In this document: one piece after another, positions 32,001 to 41,465 of the stretch
How the letters are laid out: each line of letters opens with the position of its first letter
How positions within the stretch are numbered: position 1 is the first letter of the stretch
Virus record (IMG/VR): IMGVR_UViG_3300033121_002354
Span: 32,001-96,000 of that record
Direction: 5' to 3' (one strand)
Origin: a virus
Lineage: Duplodnaviria > Caudoviricetes
Length of the DNA stretch: 64,000 nt
Translations under genes and position numbers: made by a program
Notes under the pieces: generated by a model
What the model saw: only the letters and a program-made list of their open reading frames with translations
Told to the model about the DNA's origin: nothing
Databases searched by the model: none

Positions 32001-32495
32001 TTTTCTTTTGCTGAATCAGAATTAGAGATTTACATATCAAATAATGGGGCAAGCTTTTTTGGAGTCGGAGATTTAACACAAAGTACAGTAACCAATATAT
32101 CAAAGATGATATTTTTCAAAAAAATACTTTGGGTTGCCACAGATCAGGGTCTTTATTCTGATTCAGGTACTGTTTTTTCAGACAGAATTCAGTTTGCTCT
32201 TATACAAACATCTGACTCTTTCAGTACTTCACAATCTGCAATAAATGATTTAAGTACTGACGGGGAAATACTCTATGCAGCTCAAAGTGATGGAACCCTT
32301 CTATTTTTTAAGGACGATGCCTGGAACCGATTTGATACAAACCTGGGGACGTTGCAAAAAATACAGGTTATGAGCGATGGATATATAGCTTGTTTGGGGT
32401 ATAATACTGGGATCGTAGTTAACATAAACAGCCTGAACTCCGATTCTGAACCAACAAATCCTGTTACAGTAATTGATTTGGGAGCATGTACATAA
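26076..32495 (+). CDS. Giant FN3-repeat / BNR beta-propeller structural protein (tail-fibre/adhesin-like)
   Basis: 2139 aa. N-terminal DGVISGWEV...VAPGSG motif; several FN3 domains (LSWNSNSETDFSHYNIYRS...YYYKVSSVDTSGNES); HRH motif; BNR motifs SDNFGQSW, SQDKGEKW, TFDFGTTW. Confidence 0.85.
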   Translation: MPLFTEQYHLASFLQGDVYSSTLDAARMICCDNQLSLISDIIQDGVISGWEVSSENFPVITVAPGSGMVDGFFVSTQNSVNFTLESNTTSYVLIKRISDLTVANGCVSDLLQIIYTDLTAPASPSGLSAVNNYLNSNAPSNSMIIDLSWNSNSETDFSHYNIYRSTNNSDFDFVSESESSTFSDSLLQEDTTYYYKVSSVDTSGNESSFSAASVTTPITTFLPPNPKNVVIYPSNESISVCWEEPANFSTDLISNYLITYSLLDTDNSVISTKSISVNSSAVCEKITLLENNHKYLITLYTVDTQSRQSTGLTSISIPTNGLNDPQNVLASSSATESAANVKLSLSWTPPGDEYSTSTNLKYRIYTTIDKYGTTESRPVETTIGQTSIDLRLINYSTGYRSIPEQSVVTTRITTLQLDGKESKGILVRTKIGKYTTPQKVRNPNASFDLKKITVTWGNNSDTYKVKVTTYKKQANEPYSDYAFVSEVVLQNTNVFIVDTPDLDFTYKFVLTPIDKYGTTGESSSLTIDIPAATELQDILAPNNFVGSGFDGIINLKWQRPTDENNLITKFLVYRAQGEGVLDFAEFSLIDELSPNITHYSDYGVDPDQTYTYFIVSEDLYGRQSLNPSNGYYNINTVSVSAPISSGLEPVVGHVSLAGNDIVLEWSNLPGETFDSFEILRSIDNRNSWISIATVNTEELTTDYSYTDTNIATTNGQKFYYVIRKISNNSSVVISGDLTEENTLLIATAITSDSSVTTNNDVKRNLANLHDPIIEKTDASLLLHRHGGSKSFDPEKVDLNSSLIVTDWTTTDGKTWKTTEDISEGEIYDLSVNSEFPTVIYKVFSDESKILFADPISTTSLLKLTVYGINEVSNILSVDKFDNIHARQIALGRLTLDQLPDLDHNGVTKEPIYPIRSTLKMYDTHTYQSNASDKLFGDATTFFAITDKSAIVEEFQSFDNSTVGTTVLFNNPENDSYTIDNIVSGSSEVTVEQAFDGDKSYKVTIKFKDTQPQRWVKLNTSGFNPVVNLSKHLGFRIMVMSGSFYLGIGVRKSENGETTPGSDGGITNSQGKIGDIEFVGVTEVTEYGDLLVPKGQYLLSERPGFWRDVQFDFTENVHAFTGDGNLSTTTGYATLEHLAITVNTDEEIVFFIDSIEQRSDILAGSTSNGLMTSDNFGQSWSVLRYTETPIHKFYKASINGFLWGISSKKVYYSSNTEQWFEIPGIENVHFVYDIVEDVDGDMFVSTDKGVFILRTATYSAFFELTKTKYVTSLSSSTYAIWYTYPYVYVSTDFGIFKSQDKGEKWTDSGFLSDDPEPILQVSLQDTDLIAISETSVYRKLLNESKFVSLSNITESIDTVTSLWKFDLKNNSIFVSTNDGIYTNVLDVLFDPTVLTAEFDRVFPETETNNIPQPATEIKNINNNLFIATENKLFVSNDTVNLVTNYQSKDSPRFFVDGNEIKTNYTYSCFNNVLSLKIAPGLLSTVEGEQLPRKKYQSSTQWAQRDINADVLIYLNGVPTWIDFAFDTTDFTQKVQDILDNLSGSTEPELRVIQSGNVILTPLVTTKTVSQFLSDYSYLISTNDSMPVTTLNGANNTNRQPKTVDVFSILSVSDLGYTSTLSSLIDFDSFVRAFEGGYLESELQSKLSTAKSNGAGTQYDLAVKTVIDKLNTKTSYTIDTKAEIETELGFSAKNSTGIIIDANHGLFDFTTYLSTNKTSFKKEDKLTVSIFGCTISNIGINSHDQIEDGFEFVNSGMHSSLTDVVTGNFIKNGIFLDRQFGTLEENTTSYIKSYYKSISSGSYDVLNSTVDYALVSSNKEVEIPEIVLSTLWITDEYLGNRLWIGTDVGILEYEFVSGSLNYSRLITINSEYVYINQLLQQNDSILVCTNTTIFETFDFGTTWTELNTKNLPSQINNIGVANGTIIAATSEGLWWSPSDQFGFSKAALTTSSRLAGQNKIDSELAFIGNIINLECNNFSFAESELEIYISNNGASFFGVGDLTQSTVTNISKMIFFKKILWVATDQGLYSDSGTVFSDRIQFALIQTSDSFSTSQSAINDLSTDGEILYAAQSDGTLLFFKDDAWNRFDTNLGTLQKIQVMSDGYIACLGYNTGIVVNINSLNSDSEPTNPVTVIDLGACT

Positions 32496-34085
32496 TTGGC
32501 AAGAATTTCTAACCACAATAGTGATGTAATAACATTTTCAACTCTGCCCAAAACAGACAATTTGACTACTTTTACTATTTCGGTGTGGTTGTATCCAATG
32601 GGTACATTTGGTAGTGTTTTTCAAACCATTCTTTCTAAAAACTATTCTATTAATCTAAACAATATTATCATAAGAATAAATAGTGTGAATAAAAGCTTTT
32701 TAGTTTCCAGAGCAAGATCTGTTACTCAAGCAAATGCAGCTTCTGTTACTTCTATATATACTGAGCAGATGTGGGTTAATCTAATTGCCACAAGTGATGC
32801 AACAGGCAAACTAAGGCTGTACAGAGATGGTACTGAAGTGTCTTATTCTGCAAACAATACTGGATCTGGAAGTTTTGTAACTGATACAGGAAAACCACTT
32901 ACACTATTCAACAGAAGCATTACCGCAAACCCTTTTTTCGGTAAAATAGCAGAAGTAGGAATATGGAATCGGATTTTAACAACAGAAGAAAGAAAAAGGA
33001 TTGTAGTAGACAGGTGGAAACCATCAATAATTCCAGATGGCTTAGTATCTTATATACCGTTAACTGGTGATACACCAGAAAAAGAACTGGTTAGTGATTC
33101 AACTGCAATTTTATCTGGTACTGCAAGCACGGACCACGTTCCAGATGTGGTTTCGGAATTAAACAATTTTAGCACCTTTCCGTTGTCGGCACACAACTCT
33201 AATTATGGAAAAGGGGTAATTTGTTCACAAGTTATACCGAGTGTAAAAGACAAGGTTGCAAAGGTCTCTCTTTTTCTTTCATCCGAAAAAACAGACGGAA
33301 TCATAAGTGGAAATGATTCTTACACCGCATTTTCGTGTTTAAATTTTTATGAAACAAGCAATGAATCTTCTTGGACGATTTACAAAAATTCATCTAGTTA
33401 TAATGTGTTAAATACCGCTGACCAAGGATACCTAACCAACTCTCAAACGGTTTCTTTTTCAACCCAAGAAGACGTTTTTACGTCTTCTCCAAGTGTTACA
33501 TACAAAACCAGTCTGTCAGATGGCACCTTTGATGTGTGGTGTAGATGTGGGGGAACTGGGACTTTTTGGTATGCGTGGGATGGAGATGTTTTACCGTCCA
33601 AAATAACACTTACATCAACTATTAAATGGCAATTTCTTGGAAGAATTTCTAATGAAGAATCACAAACAAGAAACTTGGTTTTTTATCTTGGATCTGCAAA
33701 CTTGGAGTCAATAAAATTAGACGAGGTTTTTATATATCCAATAGGAAGTGACAGAAAAATAGACAGTTTGTCTTCCATTCAAAACGTTACAGGTGATTCA
33801 TATAATACTTTCGTAAGAGTAAGAAATTTATTAAACTCTGCCATACAGTCAATGCCAAATGGCGTAATTGAAAACTGTCATTTCTGGCTTCCATCTCACA
33901 AAATTAACACTCCTGAATGGTATAACTATTCAATTCCAGAAACACAATTCGATGAAGGATTAAGTATTGATTTTACAGTAATATCTGGTAGCAGTAATCA
34001 TCCACGCTGGTTGTATGCAACCACTAACGACAATGGTACGGCAATGTACTCAACTGATTGGGGCGTATCCTTTAATGAGCAGTAA
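32496..34085 (+). CDS. LamG-domain structural protein
   Basis: FTISVWLY, WVNLIAT, LRLYRDG, FFGKIAEVGIWNRILT form a LamG domain; C-terminal beta-sandwich. TTG start directly after the upstream TAA, same frame. Confidence 0.85.
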   Translation: MARISNHNSDVITFSTLPKTDNLTTFTISVWLYPMGTFGSVFQTILSKNYSINLNNIIIRINSVNKSFLVSRARSVTQANAASVTSIYTEQMWVNLIATSDATGKLRLYRDGTEVSYSANNTGSGSFVTDTGKPLTLFNRSITANPFFGKIAEVGIWNRILTTEERKRIVVDRWKPSIIPDGLVSYIPLTGDTPEKELVSDSTAILSGTASTDHVPDVVSELNNFSTFPLSAHNSNYGKGVICSQVIPSVKDKVAKVSLFLSSEKTDGIISGNDSYTAFSCLNFYETSNESSWTIYKNSSSYNVLNTADQGYLTNSQTVSFSTQEDVFTSSPSVTYKTSLSDGTFDVWCRCGGTGTFWYAWDGDVLPSKITLTSTIKWQFLGRISNEESQTRNLVFYLGSANLESIKLDEVFIYPIGSDRKIDSLSSIQNVTGDSYNTFVRVRNLLNSAIQSMPNGVIENCHFWLPSHKINTPEWYNYSIPETQFDEGLSIDFTVISGSSNHPRWLYATTNDNGTAMYSTDWGVSFNEQ

Positions 34086-37000
34086 ATGAAGTCTTTTGCC
34101 TATAAACTATTTAAATTTGATGACACAAATTCTGACACCGGTCTGCCAGACACAACCATTGTTTCAATACCTCCAAGCACCACAGAAACAATAGAAATAA
34201 CAGACTTTAATCATTCCAGTGCTGAATTTATTAACACAAGTATATCTTCTAATGGAGCTGTTTGTCTTTCCACAGACGAAAAGATTTTGTCAATCCTGTT
34301 AGACCAAAGCGGGTCTATGACGTGGAACGACTCAAAAAATGACAAATTAACACTTCTAAAATCAATAATTGAAAAAATAAAAAAAATCTATCCAGACAAG
34401 ATAAAGATAAATCTAGTAACAGTCAATGGTGAACAAATCGAAATTGAAACGGTTTTGTCATCTTTTGATTCGTTTTCTTCAATAAGTGATAACAATATTT
34501 TTGAAACAGTTCAAAAAAGTGTGTTTCAAAATAGTGTTTACAATCTTGGCGGAATTAGAGTTGTACGAAGAACAGATAGATACCCTGCCACGCCGCTAGA
34601 TGGACTAATTATAACAGACAGTATCATTGACCTTGTATTTGACACTGATTTAGTAAACGGAGAAACCTATTATTACACGATTTATACATATAATGAACAC
34701 GGGCATTTTTCGAATGGCATAAATCTAAAGGTGACGGCTGTAGATCCTGCATTTATAAAGGGAGTTGCAAGTTTTGATGCGGAAGTAAAAACTCTTTTTG
34801 GGCCAACTAGAGACGAAAGCCTTTTTTGTTCATTAATTTTCTCAGAACACGAATCAACTATTTTGTATGATTCTTCTGGAAATAAACACCATTTTTCTTT
34901 AACAAATGAAGAAAATAACACTTTCTGGGCCGGTTCTCCACTGAACGAAGACCCAAGCACAAGTGTTGGCGGGCTCCTTTTGAACGGTGGCTATCTTAAG
35001 AGCATCGAAAGCAACTCTGAATTTCAACTGTTGTCTGGAACTGAAAAAACGATAAATTTTTGGGCTAAAAGGTACTTAAATAGCAATACTTGCATCCTGT
35101 TTTCTGTAGAGAACAACACTAACTTTCAGTACAGAGTAAAACTAGTATCAAACAAGGTGGCTATACAAACAAGTGGTGGTACGTTTGTATCAAATGCTGT
35201 TGTTGGCATTGATTGGACTATGGTTACTCTTGTGTTTCAAGAAACCAGTCCTGTATCTTGCGATGTTTTCTTAAATGGGTTATATGATTCAACTGTAACC
35301 TTTTCTGTACCAGCAACATTGTCAAACACATATTGCTATGTTGGCGGATCAGCATTAGAAAACCTTTTTTACTATGGATCTGTAGGATCAATATCGTTCC
35401 ACAACACAGCAAGATCGACTATTTATATAGAAAATTTATATGATAATGAATCCCATAATTTTGTGTCTCCAATATTAAACACAGCAATAGAACCTGCAGA
35501 TAATGGGGAAAGAAGTGTTTTAATAAACTGGTTAATCCCAGACGAATATGAATTCGACAAAATAAAAATAACAAGACAAATTAACAGAACACCAAATTAT
35601 GTTGATGATGGAGATATTGTTGTTGATACAACAGTAACAAATGGGTCGTTTTCTTTTTTGGATTGCCACGATTTTATAAATGGAGCTAACTACTACTATA
35701 GGATTTTTACTCTTTTAAATGACGAAGTTTGTCACGTATCAAACGCCTTAGTTTCCAGTACCTTAATTCCTTTTCAAATTCAAAAAGATTTACTGGTCAC
35801 TGAACTAGAAATGCCAGTAACCACTCTAGTCCCTGGTGATAGACGAGTATTAATCAAATGGAATTCTCCAACAGATTCAAGAGTGGTCGGAACAAGAATT
35901 TATTACAACACAAAAGAGTATCCAAATATAGATGGTCAAACAAGTACATCTGTCTTGATCTTTGATAGTGTTGATGGCAGCACAAAATATGTACACAGAA
36001 ACATACCAAACGATATCAATTATTATTCTGTAATTTTCTATGATAAGTTTGGAAACATTTCTGCACAAGATCAAGTTAAAACACTTACTTCGAGCGACTT
36101 TGCAGATGTCATTTTTGATTCTGACGAAATAAGCGATTTACACATAGAACAAACCGCCTCTTCAGAGATTAAGTTGCAGTGGAAAAACCCAATTCTTGAA
36201 ACCAACTCCTTAGATTTGTGGTTTGGTGAAAGTGCTATTTTTTTAATCAACATAAAAAGCCTGAACGGGAACGAGATAACCACTTTACCACAACTAAAAT
36301 CAAACTTGACTACAAGTTTTGAAATAAGCACTTCTAACACTAGCACAAATGCATCTTTTGGTAATCTCGCCACTTTTGAAATAACTGATTTGGGCAATGG
36401 GCTTATTAAAGGAATAATAAGACACACAAATAACACTGCAACCTTAAATTCTCTAGCAAGTATCAAAGCTGATGTAGCAAATAATTTTGAAATTTTGGAC
36501 AGAAATTCAGATCTGGCCATTTTTAAGTGTTCTCTAAATTCTGTACTGGTTAATTTTAGTCAGCCACTTTCCATAGATATTGAGAATCTATTACAGTTAA
36601 AAGTACCAGCTCAAAACTTGACTACTGGCACAGAAACAACTACTGGAAGCAGAGTTTGCCCAGAAAGATTTTGTGAGTCTGTAACAGATACTACTCCAAA
36701 CACGTTTATTAGCGGTGGATATGCCAACCAAAGCCAGTCATACATTGCAAGAGTATATGTTTCATCTAAAAATCTTCCAGTACCAGATGGAACAATTGTA
36801 AACATTTCTCTTAAATTGACTGGTAAAAATACTACTCCTGTTTACACAAAAATACTAGAAGGTTCATATCAAACTGTTTCATCAAACATTGAACGTCTTG
36901 ATTCAAATGGTGTTTCAACAGGAATTTTTGAAAGACGAAGTTACGTCGATGTAGAAATGCAATCCCCAATTACAGAAGAAACAGTCGATATAATTGCAGC

Positions 37001-40000
37001 TTTTTCTCTGAACGGATTACAAGTCACTAAAAATCATACTGTTACTTGGCTAAATACGCTAAAAATGGAAGTCCACGCAAACAAACCAATGCCAGATGGT
37101 ATTGATAGTGTAGAACAGTTTGCAAATATCTATTTTGTAGATCCCGATGATCCCGAAAATATTGAAAAAAGAACTCCGGTAGTTGACGGGACCATAGTGC
37201 AGTGGAAATTAGAACAAGGATCTTTTGCAAAGGATAGACCATTCTATAGCACAGAGCCACTAGCTCAAAGAGTGGGTGGCGTTTATTCTTTGACCAAAAA
37301 TGGTACAGCAAGAAACGTTTTTTTTGGTCCAATCTCAAACATCAAAAGCAATGTAGTCACTTTTTCTTGTGCAAGCGGCGATGGAGGCACTTGCTGTGTT
37401 GGTGAAGAATACAAAGTTGTTGCCCAAATAGTATATAACGACAAAACATACAAAGCTGGACAGTGGATTGGATACGACTGCCAAGAAGCTCAATCTCTAA
37501 ACTTGTCTTCTAAAATTCTAATGACTGGAGATTCTGATACACTATCTGTATTCCCGCATTATTTAACATATGCTGATGGGGAAAGTTTAATACATTTAAA
37601 AGTAATTAGTGATCCAACAACTTCATCCGAATTTTATGCAGATTGCTTTATTGCATGTCTTAATAATTTAGGCATGCCAATATATACACTTCCTTGTAAT
37701 CAGTTATTACAAATTGATCCTGGAGAATTAGACACTCAAGCTATTTCTGAAGGACGTACTACAGAAGCTGGAATAGAAGTTTTGTGGGACGTTGTGTTTG
37801 ACGAAAATCCATATACAGGTGAAAAAACAATTGTTTCTTATGAGAGCTTATCTCCTTTTGATTTTGTAGACAACATATCACAATATATTGCTCTGGTTCC
37901 GGTTTCTGGAGCTACTACAGATATCTATTTAAGATGGAACAAATTTGTTGGAGACAACAATCCTGCAGAATGCAAAGAAAACAAAACAAATATAAGTGTT
38001 GCTACAATACTTAGCGAACTAGACGGTGGTTCAGGGCCTTGTGATTTTGTGCCGAAATGCCACGAACTAGATGCGTGCGGGATAAAAAAGAAAAAGAAAT
38101 ACAAAAATGTACAACCTGTTAACGTAACAACAACTTTGGTAGCAAACAATAAAACTGTAACATTAACAGGAGGCGGAACTTATGAAGAGGGAATACCTCC
38201 TGTATATGTTGGATTTAAAGAACCACTAGCCATTAACATTGTTGATATAAGAGTGAACGGCATTAATGGCAATAAGGTTCAAGACATTATTGTTGATGGG
38301 GTTACAAGACACACTTTTGTAGTTGAAGCTACTTTCGCTGGAAAGCCTGTTCCAAGCGGGACTCCAATCAATCTTGAAGTAGTGCCTGTATCTGGTGATA
38401 CTTCGTCCATAGTATTGTCTTCTTCAAAAGTTTATACACATTTAGTACACGATCCAATTTTTGATCCACTAGAAGAAGTGGATGCCAGAAGTTTGGCTTA
38501 TTTTGAAATAAATCCGCTTCCTAATGTAACCTTCTCTGCTTCGATCAAGGCGACATGTAACTATGACAAATTGGGTACTGTCAGCAGAAAGATGTCTGCG
38601 TCAGTGAAGCTATCTAACACAGCAAATACTCCATCTGATTGCGAAACCCCTCCTTGCGGGTCAACAAGCTCTAGCACTGGTTCTTCTACGAAACGAAAAG
38701 TAGTTTCTAACGAAGTTATTATTTACAGCACAATCAATGATGAGTATTCTTCAGAAAGCGGATTGCTGGATTTTAGATCTGGTCAATTTTCTTGGTTAGT
38801 GTCAAATTTGACATCAGATACTGGTCAAGTCCCTGATACATCAGGAAGCGTCCCAAATGAAACATCTGTTTATTTATTTGGTGGATGGGATGGAAACAAA
38901 ATACTTGCAAGCAGTGAAATATTTGATATTGCAACCCTAGAATCCACTTATACGTTTTCCATGATTACTCCAAGAGTACATGGAATGACACAAAAAATCG
39001 GAGACAACATTTATTGTATAGGCGGAATAGAGGTTGATAGTTTTGGCAATTTGCAAGTCTCCAGAAAAATAGAATCATTTAACATTGTTACCCAAAGATG
39101 GAATCCAACTCTGGCGACTATGCCTGCTGGAGTGTCTTTTGGTGTTTCAATGGTTCATAATGGATTTATATATGTACTTTCTGGTGTTCGCACAATTGTG
39201 AACAATTGTTGTTCTCCAGAAAGCTTAAATACTGATATTTACAAATACGATCCAACAACAGACACATGGAGCACTATATCAACAGACGAACCGACTTATA
39301 GTAGAATTTCTCCTTTCTCTGTAAGTCAAAATGGGACTTTATTGGTATACTCCGGCAGTACACCAAAAACAGATGCATTAATAGCTTCAGAGCTTAACGC
39401 CAGTGTGAGTAAGCAGTTAAACGAATTCAAAACAAGTTTGCTGTCCTCTTCTTATTACAAGAACCTTCCAGACGGAGATCTGGAATTGCTTATCGGAGAT
39501 ACACAGCAGAAAATTTTAGAAAACACTTTTACTTCACCATACTTTTATTTGTCTTCTGCTTATATATTTGATCCTGAAACTGAAACCGTTGTTGAATATG
39601 AAGTTCCTTGGAAAAACCTTCCAGCACTTAGAAGTCGTGGTTGCTCGATTGAAAGCGGAAACAATTTCTTTACCATTGGTGGATCAAACGTTAAGTCTTC
39701 TACCTCTAATAGAAATGAGAAAATAAATCTATCTACCAACGAGTACACTAAACTCAAAAATCTCCCAAGAGGAAGATGTAATTTTTCTGCACATTTATAC
39801 AATAATACTATTTACTTTTTTGGTGGGTTCACAAGCGGACACCAAGAAGGCTGGCTCTCAATTGATGCAAAAGTATATCCAACTTTTGCAGAAACCATAG
39901 GTAAGGAGTCTCCTTCGATTTCTGTGAATTTATACGATGATGGAGGAGAGTTAGTTACCGAAGAAGTAGAATTGCTTGTCAGAGGTCGAATTAATATCCC

Positions 40001-41465
40001 ATTTTTAACCCCCGCCCTTGGTGTAGACGCCGCAAAACAATCGGCAAATGCTATAGTTGCAAACTCAAATAATAATGCGTCACAGATACAGGCGATAATT
40101 GATACAATCAAAGATCCTAGCAGTGACCAATTTCAACTTAATGCTGTTGCAAAACTGGACCAAACACTGTCTTCTTTTCCTGTTTTGTTTAGCGAATCAA
40201 AAATAAAAACTTCAGGTACACATACAACATATTTACTGCCAAGAAGCGAAGACCCGTTCATGAACCTAAAAAGTGTAGCAGAAGATGTTTTGTCTTTAGG
40301 AATTTCAAAGATAAACGATTTATCCTTAACAACATCTGGCTCTACTTTAAGCAGTCAAATTTCCACTTTAGCAAATGCTTTAAGTGCTTACAAAAACAAG
40401 CCAATCGAAATTACTGCCAACCAGAGCAGAAAGCTTTATGATATAGAAATAGAAGTTACCGTTTTAAGTGATCAGCTTTTTGGGCAGACAATTTGTTCCA
40501 GTACGTTGACATCTTTAAACGCTTTTATACAAACCCTAGAACAAGCAATTAAAAAGATAAACGCCACACAATCTTTGTTGTCAACAAGCAGCAATCAAGG
40601 TACTTCCGTTTCTGATGTAGGTACTGTAACAGTAGATGCCACAAATTCTGATAGTAGTGGACAAAATGTTTATTCTAAATGTCTTTTGGGAATTACTCCT
40701 GAACCAAAACAGCAAAACACCTGTCCTGTTGTGACCTATTTTAATACTGTACCCTGGATTCCACAAACGAGAACAATTTTGGGTACAAATTCTTCTACTG
40801 CAGATGAGGTTTTAACAGAATTGCAGTCTTTAGAATACGATTCTCCTTTTGGGAGCAGTCAGATATTCGACGGAATAACACAAATAGCAAACCTGATAAC
40901 CTCAGAAGAAGTAAAAGACTTGAACAAGTATGTTTACATCTTTTCTGACACCGAAGAGAACTTGTCAAGCTCATCTCTTGATGACGCAGTTAACAACATA
41001 AATGCCGTAGATGGTCTTAATAAGACCCCAATCATTTTCAATGTTATCAATACTGCACTTCCAGCATCAATTGTTTCGGAAGCAACTTCGTCCCAATCAA
41101 TTACGGCAGAAACTTTGTCACAAAAGACAAATGGTCAGACAACGGTTTTGAATGATTCTAAATATATAAATGAAATTGCCGACTTGTCCATAAGGGCCAC
41201 TGGTGGTCTTGGACACGGTGTTTACAGGAGAGTAATTGATCTAGGCGAGCTTTCTTCAATATCAAAAATAACACCAGGCTTCTTTCTTCCGACCGACGCA
41301 ACCATTTCCATCCGCTTCAGGACAAGTACGGATGGGCAAAATTATTCCACTTGGACAAAGTTATACAAGAACGTTTCTAGTATAACAGTAGAGAATATTT
41401 TGTGCAGATTCATAGAAATAGAAGTTGTATTAAATACGGAATTTATTGATTTAAGTAGCTCATAA
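34086..41465 (+). CDS. Giant vWA / FN3 / LamG / Ig / Kelch structural protein
   Basis: 2459 aa. MIDAS motif LLDQSGSM; FN3-like YYYTIY / YYYRIF; LamG-like WTMVTLVF; Kelch repeats VYLFGGWDG, IYCIGG, IYVLSG, FFTIGG, IYFFGG; second vWA half YIFSDTEEN near the C-terminus. Confidence 0.85.
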   Translation: MKSFAYKLFKFDDTNSDTGLPDTTIVSIPPSTTETIEITDFNHSSAEFINTSISSNGAVCLSTDEKILSILLDQSGSMTWNDSKNDKLTLLKSIIEKIKKIYPDKIKINLVTVNGEQIEIETVLSSFDSFSSISDNNIFETVQKSVFQNSVYNLGGIRVVRRTDRYPATPLDGLIITDSIIDLVFDTDLVNGETYYYTIYTYNEHGHFSNGINLKVTAVDPAFIKGVASFDAEVKTLFGPTRDESLFCSLIFSEHESTILYDSSGNKHHFSLTNEENNTFWAGSPLNEDPSTSVGGLLLNGGYLKSIESNSEFQLLSGTEKTINFWAKRYLNSNTCILFSVENNTNFQYRVKLVSNKVAIQTSGGTFVSNAVVGIDWTMVTLVFQETSPVSCDVFLNGLYDSTVTFSVPATLSNTYCYVGGSALENLFYYGSVGSISFHNTARSTIYIENLYDNESHNFVSPILNTAIEPADNGERSVLINWLIPDEYEFDKIKITRQINRTPNYVDDGDIVVDTTVTNGSFSFLDCHDFINGANYYYRIFTLLNDEVCHVSNALVSSTLIPFQIQKDLLVTELEMPVTTLVPGDRRVLIKWNSPTDSRVVGTRIYYNTKEYPNIDGQTSTSVLIFDSVDGSTKYVHRNIPNDINYYSVIFYDKFGNISAQDQVKTLTSSDFADVIFDSDEISDLHIEQTASSEIKLQWKNPILETNSLDLWFGESAIFLINIKSLNGNEITTLPQLKSNLTTSFEISTSNTSTNASFGNLATFEITDLGNGLIKGIIRHTNNTATLNSLASIKADVANNFEILDRNSDLAIFKCSLNSVLVNFSQPLSIDIENLLQLKVPAQNLTTGTETTTGSRVCPERFCESVTDTTPNTFISGGYANQSQSYIARVYVSSKNLPVPDGTIVNISLKLTGKNTTPVYTKILEGSYQTVSSNIERLDSNGVSTGIFERRSYVDVEMQSPITEETVDIIAAFSLNGLQVTKNHTVTWLNTLKMEVHANKPMPDGIDSVEQFANIYFVDPDDPENIEKRTPVVDGTIVQWKLEQGSFAKDRPFYSTEPLAQRVGGVYSLTKNGTARNVFFGPISNIKSNVVTFSCASGDGGTCCVGEEYKVVAQIVYNDKTYKAGQWIGYDCQEAQSLNLSSKILMTGDSDTLSVFPHYLTYADGESLIHLKVISDPTTSSEFYADCFIACLNNLGMPIYTLPCNQLLQIDPGELDTQAISEGRTTEAGIEVLWDVVFDENPYTGEKTIVSYESLSPFDFVDNISQYIALVPVSGATTDIYLRWNKFVGDNNPAECKENKTNISVATILSELDGGSGPCDFVPKCHELDACGIKKKKKYKNVQPVNVTTTLVANNKTVTLTGGGTYEEGIPPVYVGFKEPLAINIVDIRVNGINGNKVQDIIVDGVTRHTFVVEATFAGKPVPSGTPINLEVVPVSGDTSSIVLSSSKVYTHLVHDPIFDPLEEVDARSLAYFEINPLPNVTFSASIKATCNYDKLGTVSRKMSASVKLSNTANTPSDCETPPCGSTSSSTGSSTKRKVVSNEVIIYSTINDEYSSESGLLDFRSGQFSWLVSNLTSDTGQVPDTSGSVPNETSVYLFGGWDGNKILASSEIFDIATLESTYTFSMITPRVHGMTQKIGDNIYCIGGIEVDSFGNLQVSRKIESFNIVTQRWNPTLATMPAGVSFGVSMVHNGFIYVLSGVRTIVNNCCSPESLNTDIYKYDPTTDTWSTISTDEPTYSRISPFSVSQNGTLLVYSGSTPKTDALIASELNASVSKQLNEFKTSLLSSSYYKNLPDGDLELLIGDTQQKILENTFTSPYFYLSSAYIFDPETETVVEYEVPWKNLPALRSRGCSIESGNNFFTIGGSNVKSSTSNRNEKINLSTNEYTKLKNLPRGRCNFSAHLYNNTIYFFGGFTSGHQEGWLSIDAKVYPTFAETIGKESPSISVNLYDDGGELVTEEVELLVRGRINIPFLTPALGVDAAKQSANAIVANSNNNASQIQAIIDTIKDPSSDQFQLNAVAKLDQTLSSFPVLFSESKIKTSGTHTTYLLPRSEDPFMNLKSVAEDVLSLGISKINDLSLTTSGSTLSSQISTLANALSAYKNKPIEITANQSRKLYDIEIEVTVLSDQLFGQTICSSTLTSLNAFIQTLEQAIKKINATQSLLSTSSNQGTSVSDVGTVTVDATNSDSSGQNVYSKCLLGITPEPKQQNTCPVVTYFNTVPWIPQTRTILGTNSSTADEVLTELQSLEYDSPFGSSQIFDGITQIANLITSEEVKDLNKYVYIFSDTEENLSSSSLDDAVNNINAVDGLNKTPIIFNVINTALPASIVSEATSSQSITAETLSQKTNGQTTVLNDSKYINEIADLSIRATGGLGHGVYRRVIDLGELSSISKITPGFFLPTDATISIRFRTSTDGQNYSTWTKLYKNVSSITVENILCRFIEIEVVLNTEFIDLSSS

